A DNA stretch of 64,000 bases, from positions 22,940,001 through 23,004,000 of the forward strand of contig CM119382.1 in the NCBI GenBank assembly GCA_051294905.1, written 5' to 3'. This document shows, one piece after another, positions 49,386 through 62,238 of this stretch (position 1 is its first letter; each line of letters begins with the position of its first letter). Both the position numbers and the translations under genes were made by a program. The notes beneath the pieces are model-generated. The model did not search any database, was not told the DNA's origin, and worked only from the letters and a program-made list of their open reading frames with translations. The stretch comes from Botryllus schlosseri (taxonomy: Eukaryota).

Positions 49386-50171
49386 TCGGCAAGCAGATCA
49401 AAAATGTCCATAAAATTGTCTTGGGTCGAATAGAAAGTGTTACGTAAACCGAATGCAGTGGGCCGTTTAATCTAGCAGTTTTCACACCATTTAGTACACT
49501 GTGTTGTTTTGCTCAACATATCGCAATATCTTAATTGAAGCGAGACTGCGGTTCTTATATTAAGAAGCGCATGAGGAAAAACATTGTCATCATGAAGTAG
49601 ACAACATTGTCAGAATGAAATAACACGGTGTGTCACCAGCAGTGTATTCAGCATTGCCAGCCAACAACTGCTACTGTTGAACGCTCTTTCTCCATTCTTG
49701 GCAGAATATTAAGTAACTACAGACACTTTCTACCCGAGAATGTAGAAAAGTAGAAATTTCAAATATTCCTACCATAATTATAATGTTGTATTCTTCATAA
49801 GTCGGTCTAGGTTTCGTTAAAATAAAGTTTTTTCATGTAAAAATTTGTCAGTTTTGAAGTCCTAATTTTTTTAAACTTCGTAAGGACGGACAGTTACAAC
49901 CGGAAATGAGGATAATTAGTACAATTCTAACATTATGTGCGATAAAACGTAATAATTTACATACATGAGGGCAAAATTTAGTCAAATGTAAGTTTTAAAG
50001 GTAAAAAAATGTCAAAATTATGATTTTTTCAGGCAAAATCTTACGTTTTTTAGGTAAAAGAAATCGCCCTAATGATCAGCGAACCGATTAATCAATAATC
50101 ATTACTAGTACTTGAAAAATAAGACTACAAAATGTTCGAATTAAAATGTTAACAGTGAAAAAATGACTGTA

Positions 50172-50830
50172 CAGTCGTCTCTGCTCAATTCTAATACAAT
50201 TTCACAATTATTTCTGTTAGTTTGACACAATCAAGAAAACGTCGTTCGCTTTAACACAAGATGCAATTACGGTATTAGTGGCTTTGGTGAACCAATGACA
50301 ATAGATGCAGCAACTATCGACCATGTACAAATGTAGCTTTTACTTCGGTACAATTGCGTCCATCTTCTAGAACAGAATGGTACTGAAAATTTCAGCAGAA
50401 AACGTTAAATTGGTCAATGAAGTAAACAATACAGAGGTAAAGGCGTTTCCTGGATAGTTCGTTGCTAACTTTTCCATCAATGATTTTTTGTCAAGTTAAA
50501 ATATTGTTTGCTTTTTAATAACTACTGTTTTTGGTGTACTTTTATGTGAAATTGCCAATTCAGACCTTGCTGTATAGCTTACTACTGTATTTGAAGTATT
50601 ACACTAATAATTTACCTTTTATCCGTCTATTACACAGTAATTTACAGTATTTGTTGAATCGCGTGGTATCGAAATACATTACTATACAATACAACTTTAC
50701 TGAAGGTATAATTTTTGTGCTATATGCGATTATTGCCAATAACTGCAGTATAGTGAACCTGCAAACATCGATTTTCAATTCGGCCATAAGTGAGAGGAAA
50801 CATAGTGTCCGAATTAAGCGGAGTCGACTA
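50172..50830. mobile_element. Tigger/pogo-like non-autonomous element
   Basis: Imperfect TIR CAGTCGTCTCTGCTCAATTC versus (reverse complement) TAGTCGACTCCGCTTAATTC. TA on both flanks. Confidence 0.55.
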
Positions 50831-51324
50831 TATTATATGAATGGCAGTAGAATACTGGATTCGAAATCGAATCAATCACAGGCCTCTGTTTATTTGGGCG
50901 CGACACTGTATACTTGGAAGTCGGTATAATTACGAGGTAGCGTATATATTTGCGCGACCCGGCCAGTCAACAATGATTCACACGTCTGTTATTATTTGCT
51001 AAACAACAGTACAGTTCAGTTGAGTTTTTTAATAGTTCCATCATCACAAGATTGCGATATATCACCGATATCATATTTTCAATATTTGAATTGTATATTG
51101 TTACATTGTACAATTGTATTTTTGTCTTCTCCTTTCTGAAGAATCGCATGAGCTCTATTGCTATAACACAAATATGCCACTGATACAAGTAATATGGCAC
51201 AATGTTATTATTTTACAATATCTACAGTTTCGTCAGAAGGTATTCGGTGATCTCCCAACGCATTGGGATCTATCGGCAGATATCTTAGCCTAAATTACCG
51301 CTTAAAAGAAGTGCTACAGAATCA

Positions 51325-51475
51325 GACTCGAAGTCGTGGACTCCGAGTCGGAGTCAAGGAAATGTTTTAGCACTCATTGGAGAAGGAGTTGAAGTCAGAG
51401 TCGTGAAAAAGATACTGACTAAGTTCTGGCTCGGAGTTTGTAAAAATTCTCTGTACTCTGACTCCCAATTCGACC
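51325..51475. repeat. Degenerate fragment of the CCGACT/GGAGTC element family
   Basis: Reverse-complement similarity to 8960-9060 (GTGAAAAA-ATACTGACT...CGGAGTTTGT). Confidence 0.55.
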
Positions 51476-53272
51476 GTACTTCATATATGAAACCGAGTGA
51501 TTTCAAAGGTATCTGAAGATTGTCAACAGTAACTAAAAATGCGATTTGTATGTACCAACTATATGAGCAGTAAAACAATACAACTGTTGTTATAATTATT
51601 ATTATAGTAACATTATTGATAATCATTCACATATTATTTGCAATTCGCAATTCAGCTGCATAGAGAAAGATAATTGTGGGATGCTTCTTCAAGACTAACA
51701 CAAAATTACAAATGGAGTCACAAATTTTTACGTTTCGGAATTATACTTCGTTACCATGAAAGAGTAAAGGCATCGTCCAGTTATTTAAGTGACAGCATCG
51801 CTTATAAAATTAATGCAGATATCGTCGCAGTGGAATCAAAGTAGCATATGTCCAGTTTTCAAATTTTGAAAGTTAACTTTTTTTAACTTGAAGAAAAAAT
51901 CCACTTTTCGAAATTTTTTGAAATTTATTCGGTCATATCTTGGCCATGGTTATATCTGTCTCAGTTTTTCATAGTTCATCTGGGACAATATATGGATGAA
52001 AGAAGATGAAAACTTTACGTGCAGTTAATTCTCTCAAAGTGTGCAAAACGGACATGAGATATTTTGAGTACACTGTGGCGATATAACAAAATATTTTTTC
52101 CGACTTTACAAAACCAAAAATATTTCTAGTAAGGATCTCGGCCGCCTTGATTGAGCGAATGTTGAAAAAATCGTTCCAGTAGTCGACGAGTAGGCCTACT
52201 TGTTTAGGTGCATGTAGACAAAAGCTATTTGGCCACTCTCTAAGTTTCGTTCCTGACCACCGCTTAACAGTAGTCATGTGTGTGTGTTCTTACAATTAGT
52301 GTCCCTATAGTGTGTAGTGTGGGAATTTGTACACCTCGTATTAGTCGCCAACTCGTACACAAGAGCTAAGCTACTCTTCTACTGTTTTTACAATATTGCG
52401 GCAAGCGCGAAGAAATTTTTGTAGTTGCAAGAAATTCAGCAAATGTTACATATTCAATGCTCGATCTGGAGGGGTCACTACTCAACTGTAAACCTTCGCG
52501 ACCCATACTTCAAGAAAACCCTGATCTATACTATCATGTTTGCCAATCATGACACGGTATATGTGCAGAGGTAGTCAAAGTTGTCACCGTCGGCACTCAA
52601 GTGAAAGTAGACGTTAAGATTTCCAAGTAAGTTAGAAGTAGTAAAGTAAGTTAAAAAATCGAAAACTGTCTAATAGAAGTACAAGTGGACTAAAACAAAG
52701 CTACAGTTGTAGGTAGTGCGAGTGGGCATTTTTTGATTGATGGTTCATTGATTATTAAACTATAGATACCGCAGATAAGATGTATAGGATCGTTATCTGA
52801 GAAATCGAGATTCACAGATATAGCCTAAGCGGGGTGCAATAAGACTTTGATTGGTGTTTGTAGGTATGCATGTATGAGGGGTTTTATGGTGCGCGACTAC
52901 TAAGGTCTTGTGCACCAGGTCTGAGCGAGCTATGGTTCAATCAGATACGTCTACACAATATAACAAATTCAACGACCGGAATAACCATGCGCGGATCAGT
53001 TAGCAGACATTCAAAGTTAGAGCTCACACTGCTACGTTGAGCTACATTTTTTAAATATTGTCTCTGTTTGATTGGGATTATTATTATGTAGGGACGAAAC
53101 AGATTTACGGTTCTCAGTTGGTTGTATGTGATGAGAAATGGGTTTAAACAGTTGTTTGTTTTCTGTCTCCCTGGTTTAGCAGCTCAATATGCCGAGCGTC
53201 GCAGACTGCATCACTCCATGAAATACGAGATATTTCAGAATTATTTTAAATAATTACATTAAACCAACTCAC

Positions 53273-54229
53273 GATCAACAGCAAATCTTGTTTTCTTCTT
53301 CAGTGTGAGGGCGCAATCCCTCGCTTCCCACGTGGTTCGGATTTCGCGTCCCCGGATCGGATCCGGGTACGAGTCCCCCGCCTTTGTGGCGAAATAATGC
53401 CTTCCCGCTAGATGTCCAAGTGTGACGAAAGACTCGGTCGCTTTTTGAGGAAACACGCTTAACACGCAGTCATCCTCTGGACCGGAAGTTGTGACGACAT
53501 TGATTACGCGGCCGATGACGTTGGCGGTCGCCTGTACAAAATGTATTTATTGATGTCAGTGAAAATTAAATTAAATATAGAACAGTATCATTATGTTATT
53601 ATTTCCAGAATTATCAGTCGCAGGAGAGAAGAGTTGTTCTGCTGATCATGGCGCATTTAAACTTGCTTCGGCCTCGGATTAACATTATCGGTGACGCATT
53701 ACCCGAAACGCAGTCTGGTAATCGTCACTTAACTAATCCTTACCTTTTTGCGACCACGGAATAAAAATGTGCGCCGTCTTTGTCCACACTTACCGCATAT
53801 TTGAGAAGCTCATTCCTAAAAATAGGTTGTGCACCTCGGGAAATGGTGCGGCTCCTTCGTCCAGACTTACTCGCGGCATAATTGGAAGCTTATAAGTAAA
53901 TCAACTTTTCTCTCGATTACCTGAACGACGATATGATCTGCGAAGTGTCCACTCCTAGCCATCTGTTGCAGATATTCCTCTCGACCTTGGTCGAGTTGTG
54001 CGAACCAATTCTCGAAGGGATCCGACCCGATCGATTCGTTCTGCCGCAAATGTTCAACGCATTCCGACCGCAGACCTTTATGGGAGGTTGTGACATCACC
54101 GAGCTGTTTGGCAACGGCCCGAAAGAAACTGTCTCCGTCCACCTTCACTTCGTCGCGACATAATTTAAGATTATTTAACCGAGAATCGAGAACCGATATC
54201 TCCGATTTTGGGATCGCGTAGACTGACAT
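53273..54229 (-). CDS. Two exons encoding an OTU (ovarian tumour deubiquitinase-like) domain with Cys replaced by Ser; probable 5' exons of the chitin synthase gene
   Basis: Exon 54230-53921: MSVYAIPK...LDSRLNNLKLCRDEVKVDGDSFFRAVAKQL...HKGLRSECVEHLRQN...EEYLQQMARSGHFADHIVVQ. It joins in phase 0 to exon 53531-53273: ATANVIGRVINVV...VTLGHLAGRHYFAT...AVD, ending at a GTGAGT donor in phase 1. A possible short first coding exon lies at 54407-54360. Confidence 0.85.
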
Positions 54230-54561
54230 ACTGCAGAATAGACGATATATTTTCCTCACTACATCGGCCACTAATTAAGCAATTTCTGCTGGGTTTAAAA
54301 CAATAGCTATACTTCAAGCAGATCATCTCCTAGAACTACCAACATATCATCATAGTCACGTATTTGTAGTAATGCAGTTGTTGTTTTGGTGCATATGGTC
54401 AGACATCCTGCGAAATGAAGAATACTCCGGTGCACTACCATTGCGTCCGACACAGTGGTTCACAACATTTACTAATCTGGCGTACCCGTGCGCTAGGAAC
54501 CTCGGATTTTTGCTGGATACAAAATCTATATACCATACTGCACGTCTGATATACATTAGGC

Positions 54562-56127
54562 CAGGGGTGTCAAACTAAAATTACGTCACGGGCCGGATTT
54601 AATACTTAAAATCGCTCGTGGGCCACACCAGTCAACTGATTCTAAAATGTTTCCTCATGCCCCTGCTTTCCACTTGAATACTTCATTGTGTAGCACATAC
54701 AAACAATGTTACATCGCATCACGGACCATAGTGGCTTATTCGCGAACGATGGAATTGTTAAAAAATACGATTATTGGCCAGTTGCATACATTTATGAACC
54801 GCTAAAGCAGTGACGGTAACGACCATGTGAGTTGTAATATTCTTATGCTGCTTTTGCTTTAGTCGTAAACTGGCATCAGCCATGTGTGTACGTTGTGAGG
54901 ACTAAAAGATATTCCACGCTGTAGACACGGACGTTGGAGTTTGGTTGATTATTATTAAATTGCGATTCGGATTTCTCTGGATTCCGAGTTGGAAGTGACA
55001 CGGCGGTGCGACCACAGATATTTCGATGATATTTTTGTGTAACTCATAAACTGCATACAACAGTTCCGCTTTGCGTTTTCGCCTGAATAACTACTTATTT
55101 CTCCATTTTCCATAAAACTCTAAACTGGTGATTCTCAATCTTTTTGTCTTCGCGGACCTCTTTCGAATCGTCACGGACCTCCGCGGACCCCCGAAGTTTT
55201 CGGACAAATCTAGCTCAATTATCGTGCAACCGCCATGTGCCTTATGCAAATATTGACTGTAGGCTAGTGATAAACAGCAGCGAAATGTATTTTCTTTGAA
55301 AAGATATCATACTATTTATAAAGAAATTGAGTAGACTTTTATTTGGGAACGCTTTCTGTAGTAATGTAGCTCCATTTCTCGAAAATACGCGCTTCAATTT
55401 GATATGAACGAGTGCCGTAAATCCATATACGTATATGCTAATATTGGTGACTGTGAATATAATAATAACGCGTAACGCCTCCGATGAGACATATGGGTTT
55501 GATCGCACCATATATGGCACCAAAATTGAGAAACATATTTTTAATCAACACATAACGTCCAGCCTAGTCGTATCTCAAAAAGATCATCTTTATAAGTTAT
55601 ATTCTGGAATACTGGTTATATAGGCCTGTACCAAAGAAGAAAATGGATTTTTGCAAGCATTTCGAAATCCCCCTGATTGACCACTTTAATTTTTATATTT
55701 TACCATAAACCCAACAAAACGTCCATTCTATTGATGTAAGCTCCATTTTGCAAATTTAGAGGGTTGCGTACCCAATGAAAATGTTTCGCGGTCCCCCGTT
55801 TGAGAACCATTGCTCTAAACTTGATGTACCATTCTGTCTTCTCGACTAGGGTGTCAATGTGATCGACTTGTTCCTAGTGGTAACTAGAACTGGAGTGAAT
55901 AACCACAACACCGCAGTCGGGTGGTTATAATGTGGTCTATGAACATAATCAACATTTGCTTTCTTGAGGGATTATTTAATGGAAGTGTTTCCTTCAAAAT
56001 ATCCCGCACTGGTTGCAAATGTGCATGTACTGGATATATAATAACCACTTTTCGATCTACTCGGAATTGCTTCACGGACCGGATGAAATCGTCTGGCGGG
56101 ATGGATGCGGCCCGCGGGCCGTATGTT
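54562..56127. mobile_element. hAT Charlie-type element with a truncated right end, hosting a nested element
   Basis: CAGGGGTGTCAAAC start. GATGCGGCCCGCGGGCCGTATGTTT subterminal end, but the final TIR bases are missing. Confidence 0.5.
55126..55812. mobile_element. hAT Charlie-type element (family of 1-230, reverse orientation)
   Basis: Perfect TSD CTCTAAAC at 55118-55125 and 55813-55820. TIR-like TGGTGATTCTCAA and TTGAGAACCATTG. Confidence 0.75.
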
Positions 56128-56162
56128 TAAAGGAAAGGACGTAGTTTATTTTTGTCCTTGAT

Positions 56163-56456
56163 GTTTTTTGCGGCATATACACCGACTCATGATACACATA
56201 CACACGATCTGCGCATATGCATACCATGAGTGCATGATGTGCATATGCCGCTGGACAAGGAAGTGCAGATATAGCCTTTACAGCTTTCTAAGTCATGCAC
56301 CACCCCTCCATGCTATCCCAGTAATGCATGAGCGCCAAGCAGGGAAGCCATGGATACCAGTGTTACTAATAAGGTCTTTGGTCTGACCCGGCCGGGAATC
56401 GAACCCACGACCTACCGATCAAGAAGCCGGACGCTTAACCATTACGCTATCTTGTC
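56163..56456 (-). mobile_element. tRNA-derived SINE (family B) with a Meta-SINE-like core
   Basis: A box TAGCGTAATGG and B box GGTTCGATTCC, followed by GGTCAGACCAAAGAC...CTTCCCTGCTTGGCGCTCA. Confidence 0.7.
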
Positions 56457-59400
56457 GGTCTGCTATCTTGTCGGTCGGTTTGACAACGTTGCATTACGCC
56501 TACTACAAATTACACAGAGCATCAACGTCGTGTTAAAATATTATTATTAGATTTCCATACAACGCATTGTCACGAAATCTCCAGCCTCATCTAAACTCAT
56601 AGCTACACATATTCGGTCCTGACTGCAGCGAGCATTCATCTTTCATAGCATTCTAACTGCTTGTCGCAAGCAGCGTATTTCAGCGTCAAGTCAACATTAG
56701 AACCCTAAATCTCGCCGCACCTTGTATAATTCGGCTCGCGTGACAGAATGCAATCATATCAGACAAACTAATAAAGGTAAACACTTGAGATTCGACGGAC
56801 CAACCTAAGTCAATACGATGTGTTTGCGCGTGTCAATACGATTCACAGTTCTAATGGAATTGATGCAACTCAACCGGCGTCAAATAACTCGATAGCACGA
56901 AGTGCTGACCACGGGAAGTCGAACAGTATTGCAATTTTATCTAATATGTCAAGACATTATTTCTGACGTCAATCAAGCGATAGATATAGGTAAGCAACAA
57001 AAAGTAGCCTATGATATGGACAAAGTAATCATTGTTGGCAATCAAAACGACTTCGCGTCGAAAATTCCGACTTAAAGTTATTATTATTATTATAGATGGT
57101 AAAAAAGAGAAGTGGCGCATATCACCGATAAAGGTCTGGTGCACCACGTGCAAGGTTAATCGTAAAGAATAGTCAATTCAGGACAAATACACATGAAAAG
57201 GTTGAGAAAATCATAGCAATACGTTACAAGAATCCACGAATTCGATGACAGCCGTAAAAAGTAACGGGTTAACTAAAAGATTATAAGTACAATCCGACTT
57301 AAAGTACACAACTATTGATTGCCAAATAAGTAAACTAGGCCTATGGTTTTCCAAGTATTTTTTAGATCAGCAGTTGACAAAGTTGTACATTGTGGATGAA
57401 ATTTCTTCAGGACAATGAAGGATGGGAGTACTTGATTACGGAACGCATCTGTCCAGTAAAAATAGAAATTGACGATTACAAGGACAAGAATTCTCAGACC
57501 AGTTCTTCTCAGATTTATAAGTGGACGTAGCCTAAAGACATGACCACTTCACCAAGTACTGCAAGTATGCAAAACCTACTTGACTACTCGATAAGGTAGC
57601 ACATAGTACAAGCAAGGCATGATAAGGTATCGACGGTATGGTATCATGTGGATCGGAATATTCCCATATTTTCTACCCGTGTAATCGTTCCATTGTCATT
57701 CATACAATTTTCCATACCATAGCTACATTCTTTCATAGCCTATTTATTGCATTTGATACGTTTACCTTACATTCCCGGTTGTCCAATATCTGTAATACTA
57801 TTTATTATACTTGGAAATTTTCAGGCGTTAACACACTAATTATCAGGGCGAGTTTTTGTTGTGCTAATATCGCGAGAAAGTTGAACTTACTTTGAACAAA
57901 ATGTTGGAGTAAAAGTTTGTATTTATAATTATTTAGAATTATTAGGGTATATCTAAGATATGGGAACAGTTCCGTTGTTTAATCCAACAGATATATCATT
58001 TGCATGGTATCTGCTTGTTTCGTTTCTTTCTTCGCCATTCGATCGATAATGCACACACGTTTATATTCTTTATGCTTGAAAGGTACACAGCAGCATTTCG
58101 CAGTCAGCTCCAGCAGAGATATCAACCTATGGTGCTTTCCCATGCGATGTCCCACAAAACTATTCAAATAACACACCCCCAACCCCCTAGACCTGCATTC
58201 GTAAGGGTTTTCCATAATTGGGGGTTTTAAAAAGAGGACAATTTTCAGAAATTATGTAAGGTGTAGTACCGGACTCCCGATTCACCAATTACCCGCATTG
58301 TACGTTACTTTTGTGATGTTGTCAGAAAAAGGTTATCTTTCCCATCTCTACTCCAGCCATATTTTTCGTAGATTGTCTTGTCAACTCTTGCGTTCGCTGC
58401 GTCGGAGCCGAGTTTGCAATCGCATTTTAATACTTTTTAAAGAACAAATCAGCAAAGAGAGGACATTCAGGTGTCCTCTGAGGACACCTTCAATTTAGTG
58501 ACAAAAGAAGACAAATTCTCTCCACACACATGGTAAACCTAGAAAACGTTACCTAACGAATTGCAGAAAAAGTAGGTGTTGCCGAGTTTAACAAAATCCA
58601 AATTTTGAAATAGTTCAGCAGCAATGCTCCCTAGGGGTGTTCAAGAATTAATTTTTTCTCAAATTGTACTGGTTAGTTGATAGCATTGTTAGGTTACATA
58701 ATTAGACGCTGCACGCCAAAATTGGTTCAATTCCAACCAGTATCCGCATTGCTACAGGAGAAAAAAGTTATTTTATGGCAGACGGCAAATCTATTGTTTT
58801 TTTTTAACGAATCCCGAGTGGCAACACTCATACTTCGGTGGAAGCTAGGACACATTACCAGCTTTTCCCTGACTTGCATGCTCACACTTAACCAACGCGA
58901 CTGTAGAAAGTATCAACACCCGCCATCAGCAGCGCGACTTGTCTCTGGAGCCCTACACAACAAGCGGGCTAAGCCAAGCGATATAAGTCGGACTTATCCA
59001 ATGTCTATAGCTACATAGACGAAAAGATCTCTATAAGCTGAAGGAGAATGCGCGAAAAGTCGTGGGGCCCTAATGCATTCTGTGTGCCCATTTCTACCCT
59101 CACAAGTCAAGGAAAGGCTGGTAATGTGTGTTCGCTTCTATCGAAGCGCCTATAGTAAGAATCAACATCGCAACGTTGCTCTGCCACGCGATTGTACTTC
59201 GAAACACGATATCATTGCCCATTGCTGCGACGCCAGTTGAACACACTCGTTCTCGCCACGCAGCCATTTATTTGCTCTGGAGCTGCGGTCTCGTTTAGCC
59301 AGACAGCATTGCTGTGCCACAAAGCCAATTTCCATACCAAGACAGAATTAAAGGCTAATTCTTGGGGGTTCCAGGGCCATGAACGGAATAAAATGTATAT

Positions 59401-62238
59401 TTTCGTAATCAGTGCAGCAGCAGCTTTTGATCGATAGCCATTTTATCAAATTTAATGCTCGGCAAGCCGGGGAAAAATTACATTCAAATTCCCTTTAGCG
59501 AAATGGAAAGTGTGACGTAGACCAATCGCAGTGAGCCGTAAGATTGGCTGTGTCCACACGATATGGGACAGTAAGGACTCAATGGTAAGATTTTACGCGG
59601 GAATTTAGCCACCATCAGCGAGAACTAAGATCGACAATTGGTTGATTTCACGGGAATATCCGGTCCGCACTACATCGCCTGCGTTTTTTAACGGCTGATT
59701 ATCCGTCACAATGCCGTTTTTTCCTCTGTTCGTTGATCTTCTGCCGAAGATCAAGAGTTTTATCGTAACCAATGCTCATCATCATCAATTTATTAAAATT
59801 TTATTCAGATCAATACACCAAAAGATTGCGATATAACGAAAAGATTGAATTAAAAAAATTAAAAATATACCAAAATACGGAGTTAGCTGCAAGCTATATT
59901 TTACGAATATCGTACTCCTAATACTGTTACCTTATTTGTGACACGATGAAAAATTACACAGAATAACATACAAGTCGACTTCTGATGATCTGGCAGAATT
60001 TTTGACTGTATTTCCCACTCGGAAAATATCTGGAAATTTTAGGTGATAACCACTTTTCTGCATGCGTATTTTCGGCCAAACTCCTCATGTAAAATCGTCG
60101 GTGCTCGAAAATTGTCACGCCTTATGCCTTCGAATTAGGTATCATATAAATCAGAAGATTGCTAGATTTTCGTTCAAATCAAAATGAGGCCGTTAAGACG
60201 TCTATAAGTGAAGTATTACGAGATGAAGTTGACTGATGTCACCAGTGGCCTCCGATTTTAAAAGGGATAAAACGGCGCCCGGAAGGAATTTCTGAAATAT
60301 GCCTAAATGTCCGGAATATTAAAGGCTTGAAGTAAGCTCATTATTCTTCCTATATCAACATTAACAATATTATTTTTGGGCAGATTTATGCTACATGACA
60401 TTTTTCATCGGGCTGCACGTCATTTAGTGTCACATATATTGGTTTTAATATGGAGACTGCCACTTCCGCAAAAACTGCGATCTGAAAAAATACATTCATT
60501 TACAGAAATAAATATAATTGTAATCGCAATTATAAGACAACGGTTTATTCCTTGAGTCGGTTTAGGCCGTTTGGATGCTTTATTCAAAGATAGTGGTAGG
60601 CTACTAAACCTAGGGGTAGTTTGCCTTTATTTTGGGGTTCGCCAAGATGTTGTGTAATCAGCTTCCAAAATATACCGTGAGTAAATCTGGGCAAATGTTC
60701 CATCCTTTAATTACAATGAATAGTAATCAGCTTATTAATTTTTGAGCTTGGCCACGGAACATTTTCAAGTTGGAAAAGAAGTTGAGACCATAAAAGGTTG
60801 GAAACTACCGGATGTGCGGTATTTACATAGCCTCGTCGTGTTGTGCGCTCTGGCAATAAGCTAGGGTTAGCCAACTCAAAACGGGTCGCAGGCCTTTTTT
60901 CAAATTCGGAGAGGCTGCGGGCCGCATGATTTCCATATGAAGACAAAATAGGCAATACAGGTAAGGTAACCATAGTCGTTTACTACTATAACTGCGGTTT
61001 AACAGCCACGTTTTGATAGCTCTACATCAGTATAACGCTGTGTATCTAGCATGGACGATGGGCATATTTATCACAAAGAAAATAATATTTTATTGAGGAA
61101 ATACATATACAACAAAAATCATGACAAGCACTTTCATTCTATTTTGAACTATGAGCTGCCCACGATCCCTGGCACACACTTCAGCAACTGGAGCAGATGT
61201 GGACAACCTTTTTTCTATTCGAGGCCGCATTTCCATTACTTGTGTAGCCCATACGGCTGCAGTCCAGTGTATAGTCGTAATGAACGAACGGTAGGCCAAA
61301 TATCCGCGTTAAACCGTCCATGTTCGTGGCTTACTATGCGCACCGAAATCGTGAGTAGTCGTGTTATGAATAGCAACAGCGATTAGGTTCCTAGTCGCGC
61401 CAAGCTCGAAAAATTTTCGTATTTTTGAGTGAATTTCGTCACTATTATTATAGTTTCTTTAGTTACTATAGAATATTTATCATTTCTCGGCCAATAGGAT
61501 CAAATTCACCGTGAAGTAACACTCATACCAGCAAATTATTTCTCCATGGAATGACAATACCATCGCCGAAACCGTATCAGCTAGTGATATTAGGCAGATG
61601 AGATTAGCATACTCTGATCAACAACAACAATATGTTGAAACTGAAATCTATATCAGCACGGGGCCTACGATATTTACGGCCTTGTCTGGTACATTTCACT
61701 TGCAAGAGCTAACAGGCCGATGCTCACGAAACAGAAATTCGCTTTTACTCTTGACGTAATAATGGGCGAAAGTTTTGATAGGACGATTACTCTCAACATG
61801 ACAATCGGCGATTGTCTCGATTTCGCTTCTCATACCGGACTCTTCGCATCTTGAAGCGAGTTTTCGAGTTGAAGGTTGATAGCTATGTTTTAAGATGTCA
61901 ATTTACCGTCTTATACTATTAGACAGGCTACAGTAATGCGATTTAAATACTCTGTAGCTGACCCCTCAAGTTTGAGTTGATGTTTTTGTGCTTTGAGCTA
62001 AATAAATGCTCCAGGGACGATATTCCGTATATAATGGAAAACGTTTAGCTGTTGTTTTGACCGGCTTACAGCGTGACGTAGGATACCGCTATGCAGTGGT
62101 TTAATAATTCTTTATGGTGCGTATTATGTATATAATGAAGAATTGGTGGTGAGCTTCATGTGGCCTTTCTTCCAGTTAATTTTGACTGGTTGTATATACT
62201 TGATGACTCAGGTTTAGGGTAAGGTAAAATAATTGATA

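Noticed and set aside
56385-56456. Possible tRNA-Lys gene
   Set aside because: The acceptor stem does not pair fully and the sequence continues into a SINE body. The heads at 12226, 34545 and 16150-16200 were rejected as tRNA genes for similar reasons.
57390-57530. Coding-looking plus-strand stretch (WMKFLQDNEGWEYLITERICPVKIEIDD)
   Set aside because: Short, bounded by stops, with no convincing splice sites or homology I can recognise. Left unannotated.
58900-61900. Possible additional gene or upstream exons
   Set aside because: Only partial TIR-like ends (60862, 61195) and short ORFs. No phase-consistent exon chain or protein motif was found.
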